NCBI RefSeq assembly: GCF_009877425.1
Contig: NZ_WXEY01000002.1
Location: 52,960-76,959 of the forward strand
DNA from: Heliomicrobium undosum
GTDB lineage: Bacteria > Bacillota > Desulfitobacteriia > Heliobacteriales > Heliobacteriaceae
DNA length: 24,000 nucleotides
Direction: 5' to 3'
The notes beneath the pieces are model-generated. The model was not told the origin of the DNA. It worked only from the letters and a program-made list of their open reading frames with translations, and made no database searches. The position numbers and the translations under genes are program-made. Positions 7,667 through 13,992 of the stretch are shown here, piece by piece. Each line of letters starts with the position of its first letter. Position 1 is the first letter of the stretch.

Positions 7667-9205
7667 TTATCCCTGGGCACCCCGGTGTTCCATTTGCCGG
7701 CTCTCTTCGTAGGTAGCGGCAGCTTCGTCCTTCCCTTCCGGCAACTGATCGATCTGCTTCAACAGAAATTGTTGGAGATCGATGCCGGTGGTGGTCTTCA
7801 GCACATCGGGCAGTCGGGTCATCAGTTCGGTCACATAATTGGTCACCTTCGAGGCGCCGGCGTTGTTGCCGTTGCCGGAATCGACGATGGTGATGCGTTC
7901 GATGCGGCTGAGCGGTTCGGCGATATTGCGGGCGATCTCCGGCATCTTCTCGATCAGTTTTTCCATGATCACCAGGGTCATGGCAGGCTGCTCGTACTTC
8001 TTATAGGCTTCCCCGAGCGCTTCGATAGCTGCCGCCTCGGCCATGCCTTTTTCCCGGATGATCTCGACTTCGGCCATCCCTTCCAGGCGCCTGGCTTCCG
8101 CCGCTGCGCGGCCTTTGGCTTCAATGGCCGCCGCTTCCGCCTGGGATTCCTGGATTTTTTGATACCGTGCGGCGTCGGCCTGGCGTTCGACCTGGAACTG
8201 CTCGGCTTCCGCCTGTTTCTTCACGGTCGCTTCCAGTTCTTTTTCTTTCCGCTCAGCTTCTTTTTGAGCCAGTTCCGTCTCTTTTTCCTTGCGGATGATG
8301 TCGATCTGCATCTTCTCGCGCTCGGCCTGCTGTTTGATGCGCAGGCCTTCGATTTCATAGGCCAGATCGGCGTTGGCGCGCGCCGTTTCCTGTTCCTTTT
8401 TGTAGCCCTGGATTTTCAGGTCCGTATTTTTGCGCTCTTCCGCCACATCGGCGTCAGCGCGTAGTTGGGCCGCCTGACCATCTTTGACGGCTTCCGCCGT
8501 TTGCACTTCCGTTTCCTTGCGCGCGCGGGCTTTTTCGATTTCGGCGTCGCGGCGCGCCCGCGCTTCGGCGATTTCGGCTTCTTTCTTCACTTCAGCCACG
8601 CGCTCTTTGCCGAGGGCTTCCAGGTACCCGTTGTCATCAGAGATCTCCTGGATGGTCAGAGTCTCGATCAACAGGCCCATTTCAGCAAAGTTCTCTTTGG
8701 CGCCGAGCAAAATTTCTTGAGAGAAGCGCTCCCGGTCGCGATAGACCTCCTCTACGGTCAGGCGGGAGATGATCTCACGCAACTTGCCGCTTAGGACTTC
8801 GTGGGCGATCGTGCGGATTTTCAAAACCGTTTCATTGGCATTTCCGGCGTTGAAGCGCTCAAGGGCAGCCAGGATCGATTCGTTCGTGTCGCTCTTCACT
8901 TTGATGACGGCGACGCCGCTCACATTGATATCGACGCCCTGGGTGGTGTAGGCCTTGCGAACCCTTACCTCCAGGTTGATCGATTCCAGTGAGATGACGT
9001 CGACCTGATAGAGGATGGGAATGATGATGCCGCCGCCGCCGGCGATGACGCGCAAGCTGTTGTTCGGTCCTTTGATCACCAGGGCTTTTCCGGTCGGCAC
9101 TTTGCGCCACATGGAAAGCACGCCGAAGACGATCAGCAGAAGAATAAAAACAATGCCGCTGACGATGGAGGCGCTGGGAAGAAGCTCACCGATAACGTCA
9201 AACAT
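7667..9205 (-). CDS. floT: Flotillin (SPFH/band-7 domain protein, FloT/YuaG-like)
   Basis: 512 aa. It has an N-terminal membrane hairpin (IVSGIVFILLLIVFGVLSMW), an SPFH domain, and a long Glu/Ala-rich coiled-coil (EAEIAEARARRDAEIEKARARKE...). AAGGAGGG lies 7 nt upstream. The gene sits directly downstream of an NfeD-like gene, as in B. subtilis yuaF-floT. Confidence 0.9.
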   Translation of the reverse strand: MFDVIGELLPSASIVSGIVFILLLIVFGVLSMWRKVPTGKALVIKGPNNSLRVIAGGGGIIIPILYQVDVISLESINLEVRVRKAYTTQGVDINVSGVAVIKVKSDTNESILAALERFNAGNANETVLKIRTIAHEVLSGKLREIISRLTVEEVYRDRERFSQEILLGAKENFAEMGLLIETLTIQEISDDNGYLEALGKERVAEVKKEAEIAEARARRDAEIEKARARKETEVQTAEAVKDGQAAQLRADADVAEERKNTDLKIQGYKKEQETARANADLAYEIEGLRIKQQAEREKMQIDIIRKEKETELAQKEAERKEKELEATVKKQAEAEQFQVERQADAARYQKIQESQAEAAAIEAKGRAAAEARRLEGMAEVEIIREKGMAEAAAIEALGEAYKKYEQPAMTLVIMEKLIEKMPEIARNIAEPLSRIERITIVDSGNGNNAGASKVTNYVTELMTRLPDVLKTTTGIDLQQFLLKQIDQLPEGKDEAAATYEESRQMEHRGAQG

Positions 9206-9219
9206 ATGTTTTTCCCTCC

Positions 9220-9735
9220 TTAGAGTTTGGCGACGAGGTTGATATGTTTTTCGACTTTGATGATCACCACGTCATCGCCGGCGAGGATCTCTTTCCGATC
9301 AAAGGAACGGGCTGGGGCGCGGTGCCGGACGCCCTTGATCAGGTAGGAGACCTCGCCGAGTTCTTCTCCCTTCATCGAGGTCAATGCCGTCCCTTGCACG
9401 CCGGTAATCTTTTCGCTTTCAATGGTTGTCGTGCTTTCCCCTTCTTTGAGGGGACCGATGACAAAACGTTGGATCAAAAATGAGACGATCAGGCCGCAGG
9501 CCAGCGCGGCGATCCAGCGCGCCGGCATGGATAATCCTTTTGTCATCATGCCAACACCGCCAAAAACGGTGACAAAGGCGAAAATCGATTGTGGACCTAG
9601 CGGCAAAAAATGAGCAGCCGAATCGTCGAAAAGGTCAAGGTCTAGATCAAAGGCTGCAAAGAATTCGCCAAAGATAAATGAAAGGATGGTCATGGCAGCG
9701 CCGACGCCGAAACATACCTGAAAAAAGGTTTCCAT
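9220..9735 (-). CDS. NfeD-like membrane protein (YuaF-like flotillin partner)
   Basis: METFFQVCFGVGAAMTILSFIFGEFF... contains several TM segments, followed by a C-terminal soluble OB-like domain (GVQGTALTSMKGEELGEVSYLIKGVRHRAPARS...GDDVVIIKVE). AAGGAGA lies 9 nt upstream of ATG 9735. The tracked ORF start at 9879 falls inside the promoter. Confidence 0.75.
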   Translation of the reverse strand: METFFQVCFGVGAAMTILSFIFGEFFAAFDLDLDLFDDSAAHFLPLGPQSIFAFVTVFGGVGMMTKGLSMPARWIAALACGLIVSFLIQRFVIGPLKEGESTTTIESEKITGVQGTALTSMKGEELGEVSYLIKGVRHRAPARSFDRKEILAGDDVVIIKVEKHINLVAKL

Positions 9736-9849
9736 AACATTCGATCTCCTTGATTCAGACGTCTTTGATACAGAACGGGAGTCTTTTAGCGGCTCACCTC
9801 CTGGGGCTTTGGAAAGATGAGATGAGATTCCCAAAATAGGTATGTTATA

Positions 9850-9879
9850 ATTATATTTAGAATTATCTTTCAATGTCAA
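9850..9879 (-). promoter_or_regulatory. Sigma-A-type promoter for nfeD-floT
   Basis: The minus strand reads TTGACA (9879-9874), an 18-nt spacer, then TATAAT (9855-9850). Both hexamers match the consensus, and they lie about 115 nt upstream of the nfeD start. Confidence 0.65.
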
Positions 9880-9987
9880 GAAAAATATGTAAATAATAGA
9901 TTCGAATGTAAGAATAATAATTGATTAACGACAAAAACGATATTGGACAATCGGAAAGAGGGCTCACAAAAGAACTTATGGCAAAGA

Positions 9988-10024
9988 AAGAACCGACGTC
10001 AGCGCTTAGCTTCCGTCGGTTCTT
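9988..10024 (-). terminator. Probable terminator of the NlpC/P60 gene
   Basis: Perfect 11-bp stem AAGAACCGACG (9988-9998) pairs with CGTCGGTTCTT (10014-10024). On the minus strand it is followed by the moderately U-rich TCTTTGCC.... Confidence 0.55.
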
Positions 10025-10107
10025 ATTGTGTACCGGAATATTTCGCTCCCCTGGCTGCGGCGGAGGCGCCCCTCCGTATCGAATAGATTCAAAGATTGTG
10101 TTTGGTA

Positions 10108-10899
10108 CTACATGATTACTCTTCGAGCGCAAATAAAAGTTTTCGAATAATATTTATCATTCATATCGCTGATGATAACCCCCTTGTCCAGGGTAGAACA
10201 GTGCAGGAATTTTCCTTCGCTCAAATAAATGCCTACATGCCCGATTCGATCAATGCCCTTTTTGTTTTGCGTGTCACTGTTCCAGAAAAACACGAGGTCT
10301 CCACTTCGGAGTTGCGCTTTTTCAACACTTTTACCTTGGATGGACTGTTGCGCAGCCGTACGATTCAGTTGTATGTGATTTACCCCGTACACGTACTGCG
10401 TAAAGCTTGAACAGTCAAAGGCAGTGGGGGTCATCGACTTGGCGCCATATTTATAGGGCTTGCCCAGCAGTTTTTTTCCTGTAGAGACGAGCGCATTGAT
10501 GATTTTTTGCCGTTCATCATTGTTGGCGCTTTGCGCTGATTGGATCGGTTGCATTACGTTCTGAGGTAAGTTCGAGGTAGGTAGAGGTTGCATTGCGGTT
10601 TGGGCTGAAATCGAGGGAGAGAGAGGTTGTGTGCTGCTCGTTTTAGACTTTTGCTGAATTGGAAGATTTAATAGTTGTCCTATTTTTAAACTGTTTGGAT
10701 TTTTTAATTGCGGATTCGCTTCAATGAATTTATTTACACTTACGCCGGCATGTTGGGAAATCGACCATAAGGTGTCGCCGGATTTTACTGTGTATGTATG
10801 ATCGTCGGCAAAAGCTTGATTCGGAACAGATATTAAAAACATGGTTAATACAATGGGGCAAAAAAAATATACGCATATCTTATCGTGTTGTTTGTTCAT
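10108..10899 (-). CDS. Secreted LysM-domain NlpC/P60 peptidoglycan endopeptidase
   Basis: Signal peptide ending AFA-DD. LysM domain YTVKSGDTLWSISQHAGVSVNKFIEANPQLKNPNSLKIGQLLNLP. Ser/Gln/Pro-rich linker. NlpC/P60 domain with catalytic Cys in FDCSSFTQYVY and His in GHVGIY. AAAGGAGA lies 7 nt upstream. Confidence 0.88.
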   Translation of the reverse strand: MNKQHDKICVYFFCPIVLTMFLISVPNQAFADDHTYTVKSGDTLWSISQHAGVSVNKFIEANPQLKNPNSLKIGQLLNLPIQQKSKTSSTQPLSPSISAQTAMQPLPTSNLPQNVMQPIQSAQSANNDERQKIINALVSTGKKLLGKPYKYGAKSMTPTAFDCSSFTQYVYGVNHIQLNRTAAQQSIQGKSVEKAQLRSGDLVFFWNSDTQNKKGIDRIGHVGIYLSEGKFLHCSTLDKGVIISDMNDKYYSKTFICARRVIM

Positions 10900-10977
10900 C
10901 GATAGTTCTCCTTTGAAGTGAATCTTCGCAGTGAGTCAATCTTTCTCGTGAAAGGCGCCGGTGATCGTTTCTATGCG

Positions 10978-11010
10978 TTTTTCGACGTACGAAAAGCAAT
11001 TCCTGTCTTG
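10978..11010 (+). repeat. Copy 2 of the 33-nt intergenic repeat
   Basis: TTTTTCGACGTACGAAAAGCAATTCCTGTCTTG matches 5529-5561 at 27/33 positions. It contains the hairpin TTTTCG-acgta-CGAAAA. Confidence 0.5.
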
Positions 11011-11113
11011 GGGAAAAAAGAAATCGATACAACTCGGAATATGCGATCACTTGCCGGAGAATACTGGCAGGTGATTGAAAAGGCAAAACGATGGTGCGAA
11101 GGAGTTCGGTTTG

Positions 11114-11740
11114 ATGAAGGTATTACTGGTCAACGGCAGTCCCCATGAAAAAGGGTGCACCTATACGGCATTGTCCGAAGTGGCCGGCGCGTTGGAAAAA
11201 GAGGGTGTGGAAACAGAAATCTTTCAAGTCGGAAAAAATCCGATCGCCGGTTGTCACGGTTGCTTCGCCTGTCAGAAGACAGGGAGATGCTTTATGAAGG
11301 ACCCAGTCAATGAATTTTTAGACAAGGCGGCAGAGACGGACGGCTTTGTTTTTGGCTCGCCGGTGCATTTTGCTTCCGCTTCCGGCATGTTGACGTCCTT
11401 CATGGACAGGGTGTTTATTAGCGGCCTTCGGAGCGGACTGTTTGCCTACAAGCCCGCAGCGGCTATCGTCAGCGCTCGTCGCGGCGGAACCACCGCGACA
11501 TTCGATCAGATCAATAAATATTTCACCATTTCGCAAATGCCGGTCGTATCGTCTCAGTATTGGAATATGGTGCACGGAAATACGCCGGAAGAAGTCAAGC
11601 AGGATTTGGAGGGGATGCAGACCATGCGCACCCTCGGCAACAATATGGCTTGGTTGTTAAAATCCATTGCAGCAGGAAAAGCGGCAGGTGTGGCGTTTCC
11701 GGAGAGAGAACCACGGGCGATTACAAACTTTATACGGTAG
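11114..11740 (+). CDS. Iron-sulfur flavoprotein-like NADPH-dependent FMN reductase family protein
   Basis: MKVLLVNGSPHEKGCT is the flavodoxin-like FMN_red N-terminus. It is followed by the compact Cys motif CHGCFACQKTGRC (C-x2-C-x2-C-x5-C) typical of Isf-type proteins. AAGGAG lies 9 nt upstream of ATG 11114. Confidence 0.85.
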   Translation: MKVLLVNGSPHEKGCTYTALSEVAGALEKEGVETEIFQVGKNPIAGCHGCFACQKTGRCFMKDPVNEFLDKAAETDGFVFGSPVHFASASGMLTSFMDRVFISGLRSGLFAYKPAAAIVSARRGGTTATFDQINKYFTISQMPVVSSQYWNMVHGNTPEEVKQDLEGMQTMRTLGNNMAWLLKSIAAGKAAGVAFPEREPRAITNFIR

Positions 11741-11761
11741 CCCATAAAAAAGCAAAAAAAT

Positions 11762-11807
11762 GCCCTCCGCCTGTTTATCTATTTGCATAGAAGGCCGGAG
11801 GGCTTTT
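11762..11807. terminator. Probable bidirectional terminator between the flavoprotein (+) and ybjQ-like (-) genes
   Basis: GCCCTCCG (11762-11769) pairs with CGGAGGGC (11796-11803) around a large loop. TTTT follows on the + strand and an A7 run precedes it, giving a U-run on the - strand. Confidence 0.5.
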
Positions 11808-11820
11808 AAGTTCTCGCGAA

Positions 11821-12135
11821 CTATCTGATTTTTACCGCTGTCCCGCTGGCAGTGACCATTAACATGCCATCACGGATCACCTCATAATCGATATCAATGC
11901 CGATCACGGCATTAGCGCCGAGACGATGGGCCTGTTCTTTCATCTCCCGAATGGCGATTTGACGGGCCTCGTTGAGTTTTTCCTCATAAGCGCCGGAACG
12001 CCCGCCGATCACGTCTGTGATGCTCGCCAGAAAGTCCCGAACAACATTTGCCCCCATCACGGCCTCTCCGGCGACAATGTCCAGGTAATCCGTGATTGAG
12101 CGCCCCTCGATGTTATGTGTGGTGGTAATGATCAT
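11821..12135 (-). CDS. YbjQ family protein (UPF0145/DUF74, heavy-metal-binding-like domain)
   Basis: [51 protein letters not shown]...[12 protein letters not shown] is the characteristic full-length YbjQ pattern (104 aa). AAGGAGG lies 8 nt upstream. Confidence 0.85.
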   Translation of the reverse strand: MIITTTHNIEGRSITDYLDIVAGEAVMGANVVRDFLASITDVIGGRSGAYEEKLNEARQIAIREMKEQAHRLGANAVIGIDIDYEVIRDGMLMVTASGTAVKIR

Positions 12136-12208
12136 TTCTTCGACCTCCTTATCCTGTTATTCAGATCATATCAGAAAACAGCCGGATTTAACCATGTATG
12201 TCACGTTG

Positions 12209-12240
12209 ATTTCACCACATATTTCACCATATATTCCACA
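12209..12240. repeat. Tandem 12-mer ATTTCACCA(C/T)AT x2 plus a partial third unit
   Basis: ATTTCACCACAT (12209-12220), ATTTCACCATAT (12221-12232), ATTCCACA (12233-12240). On the minus strand each unit reads TGgTGAAAT, resembling a duplicated extended -10 upstream of ybjQ. Confidence 0.5.
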
Positions 12241-12264
12241 AAAACAACAGCCCGTTCGAAGCTA

Positions 12265-12307
12265 GAAAACCCTCTCCCGCTTATACCAAAGCCGGAGAGG
12301 GTTTTTT
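12265..12307 (+). terminator. Orphan rho-independent terminator with no annotated upstream + strand gene
   Basis: Perfect stem GAAAACCCTCTCC (12265-12277) pairs with GGAGAGGGTTTTC-type arm (12294-12306). GGAGAGGG is followed by T6 on the + strand; a weaker U-run (TTTTC) follows on the - strand. Confidence 0.6.
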
Positions 12308-12474
12308 CAATGCTGTTGCAAGGGAGACCGACCGCGCTCGATACGACCAAGACAACAGTTGTAAGCAAAACGAAGCAAATCGTTTCTAGCATTTACGATG
12401 GAGAGATAACTGGCCGAGAAGGGGAACTTCTACATTGGTATCACCAAAGAAATTAGCGTAAAATATTAATCGAC

Positions 12475-12497
12475 ATGATAATATTATATATTATCAT
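12475..12497. promoter_or_regulatory. Perfect 23-bp palindrome, Fur-box-like operator candidate upstream of the methyltransferase gene
   Basis: ATGATAATAT-TAT-ATATTATCAT has 10-bp perfect arms. The inner 19-mer GATAATATTATATATTATC matches the classical Fur box GATAATGATAATCATTATC at 14/19 positions. It overlaps a possible -10 (TATTAT, 12489-12494) about 45 nt upstream of ATG 12539. Confidence 0.4.
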
Positions 12498-12538
12498 AAA
12501 AACACTGATTTGTCAATAGCTTTTTATTAGGAGGTTTC

Positions 12539-13456
12539 ATGATGACGATTCATCGTTCCAGCATCACAGCGCTGATGAGCGCATATGTGCGGGCTTATCA
12601 CTCGAAGCGCGATGCTAATCCGATCTTTGACGATTTCTTCGCGGAACGGTTGTTTACGGTAGAGGAGCGTTCATCGATTGAAAGCAACCTGGTCGCTGCG
12701 TTGCCCTTTTTTGATCCAGAAAGAGTCACATCATGCCCCGATGCGGATGCCGCATTGTCGTTGGTCATTCGGGCCATGAACGCAACCACCGTAATCAGCC
12801 GCGCGCGTTACACCGAGGATGTATTGGCAAAGATGGTCCATGAGGGTGTGCAGCAGTATGTGATCCTCGGGGCGGGTATGGACACCTTCGCCCTCCGGCG
12901 GTCCGATATGTTAGGGCAAATCGAAGTCTTCGAATTAGACCACCCCGCCACCCAGGCCGATAAACGCAGGCGCCTTGAACGCGCCGGAGTGTCCTGTCCG
13001 GAGCGATTGCATTTTATTCCCATCGATTTCACGACAGAGAGACTGCCGGATGCGCTAAACAGGTCACGGTATTCCCCTGAAAAAAGCACGCTCTTTAGTT
13101 GGCTGGGCGTCACCTATTACCTGACCGGCGAAGAGGTGCTTCGCGCGCTGCGGGATATCGCCACCCTGTCACCGGGAGGCAGTGCGATCATCTTCGACTA
13201 CATGGATGCCGACGCGCTGGATCCCCGGAAAGCATCTATGAGAATGCAGAAGGTGCAGGCGATCGCCGGTCGTTCCGGCGAACCGATGAAGACAGGCTTT
13301 GATCCGCGCAGTTTGGCGGAAGACCTTGCGAAAACCGGCTTGCTTGTTAAGGAAAACCTGTGTCCTGCCGATATAGAAGAGCGCTATTTTAGAGGACGCA
13401 TCGACGGGTGCCACGCATTCGAACATGTGCATTTCGCGTGGGCTGTTGTCGCATAG
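12539..13456 (+). CDS. Class I SAM-dependent methyltransferase (LCMT/TIGR00027-like O-methyltransferase family)
   Basis: N-terminal ITALMSAYVRAYHS...DPIFDDFFAERL, SAM motif I QYVILGAGMDTFALRR, then VFELDHP, IPIDF and LFSWLGVTYYL. AGGAGG lies 6 nt upstream of ATG 12539. Confidence 0.85.
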   Translation: MMTIHRSSITALMSAYVRAYHSKRDANPIFDDFFAERLFTVEERSSIESNLVAALPFFDPERVTSCPDADAALSLVIRAMNATTVISRARYTEDVLAKMVHEGVQQYVILGAGMDTFALRRSDMLGQIEVFELDHPATQADKRRRLERAGVSCPERLHFIPIDFTTERLPDALNRSRYSPEKSTLFSWLGVTYYLTGEEVLRALRDIATLSPGGSAIIFDYMDADALDPRKASMRMQKVQAIAGRSGEPMKTGFDPRSLAEDLAKTGLLVKENLCPADIEERYFRGRIDGCHAFEHVHFAWAVVA

Positions 13457-13511
13457 AGGCGGGGATATCGTTACGTAGAGAGGCCTCCTCCGACTCGTAC
13501 AGATGTGTCTG

Positions 13512-13757
13512 TCATTGATCCCGCACATCCTGCTGGGACAAGCCTTGCCAAAAGGCGATGGCGATGCCTGACCAGACAAAGGTGGCATAGGAAGCATCAA
13601 TCCCGGCGATGATCGAAAAGGCGACACCGGTCAGGCTGACGGCAAGGTAGCCGGCAAACCCTTTTGTCATCTGCTGTGGTTGGGGTATGCGGTTTCGCAA
13701 TCCGTAACCGATGACAAAGGCCGTCGCCACCGTGATGATCAGGATGAGCAAAGGCAT
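13512..13757 (-). CDS. Small hydrophobic membrane protein (81 aa, about 3 TM segments), unknown function
   Basis: AGGAGGTG lies 7 nt upstream of ATG 13757. The product MPLLILIITVATAFVIGYGL...GFAGYLAVSLTGVAFSIIAGI...ATFVWSGIAIAFWQGL is hydrophobic. It is transcribed divergently from the ligase operon. Confidence 0.55.
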   Translation of the reverse strand: MPLLILIITVATAFVIGYGLRNRIPQPQQMTKGFAGYLAVSLTGVAFSIIAGIDASYATFVWSGIAIAFWQGLSQQDVRDQ

Positions 13758-13874
13758 AGCGCGCCACCTCCTATCTACGCCTCCGGCTGAAACGTCCCCT
13801 CCGAGGGGCGTTTTCTTTATGCTCCCCTTGGCGCCTTTGTACAAACCGAAATCTCAATGCCTGAGGCGTTTCAC

Positions 13875-13889
13875 TGAACAGCGTGTTCA
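13875..13889. promoter_or_regulatory. Perfect 6-3-6 palindrome TGAACA-GCG-TGTTCA in the control region of the ligase operon
   Basis: TGAACA (13875-13880), GCG, TGTTCA (13884-13889). The flanking sequence has GT(T)TCAC-like direct repeats (gtttcac, tgttcac, ttcttcac). Confidence 0.35.
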
Positions 13890-13992
13890 CATTCCGGTGT
13901 TTCTTCACACACAAAGGCGGCTCACCAGCCAGGGGGGCTTTACATATAGTGCTATAGACTTGGGGAGGGGGTGTGAACCGATCATTCTCGGC

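Noticed and set aside
7505-8464. 319-aa ORF on the plus strand (plus smaller ones at 8465-8794 and 8484-8720)
   Set aside because: Antisense to the flotillin coiled-coil region. The product is low-complexity Phe/Leu/Gly/Arg-rich, an artefact of the GAA/GCN-rich sense strand.
9863-10132. 89-aa minus-strand ORF and 64-aa plus-strand ORF (9921-10115) between nfeD and the NlpC/P60 gene
   Set aside because: They cover the nfeD promoter and the NlpC/P60 terminator hairpin, and have AT-rich low-complexity translations with no RBS.
12115-12456. 113-aa plus-strand ORF and 63-aa minus-strand ORF (12201-12392) in the ybjQ/methyltransferase intergenic region
   Set aside because: Both read straight through a strong terminator hairpin and tandem repeats. 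They lack an SD and lie in AT-rich sequence. The first also overlaps the ybjQ start.
13875-13889. Possible LexA (Cheo) box
   Set aside because: The Firmicute SOS box is GAAC-N4-GTTC. Here the spacing is GAAC-N5-GTTC, so it does not fit; it is kept only as a generic operator candidate.
13711-13992. Upstream extension of ATP-grasp paralogue 1 (ORF-track start 13711; internal ATG 13819)
   Set aside because: The 13711 start overlaps the oppositely oriented small membrane-protein gene and its SD. The stretch contains the palindrome and repeats and looks non-coding. The paralogue alignment begins near 13981-13993.
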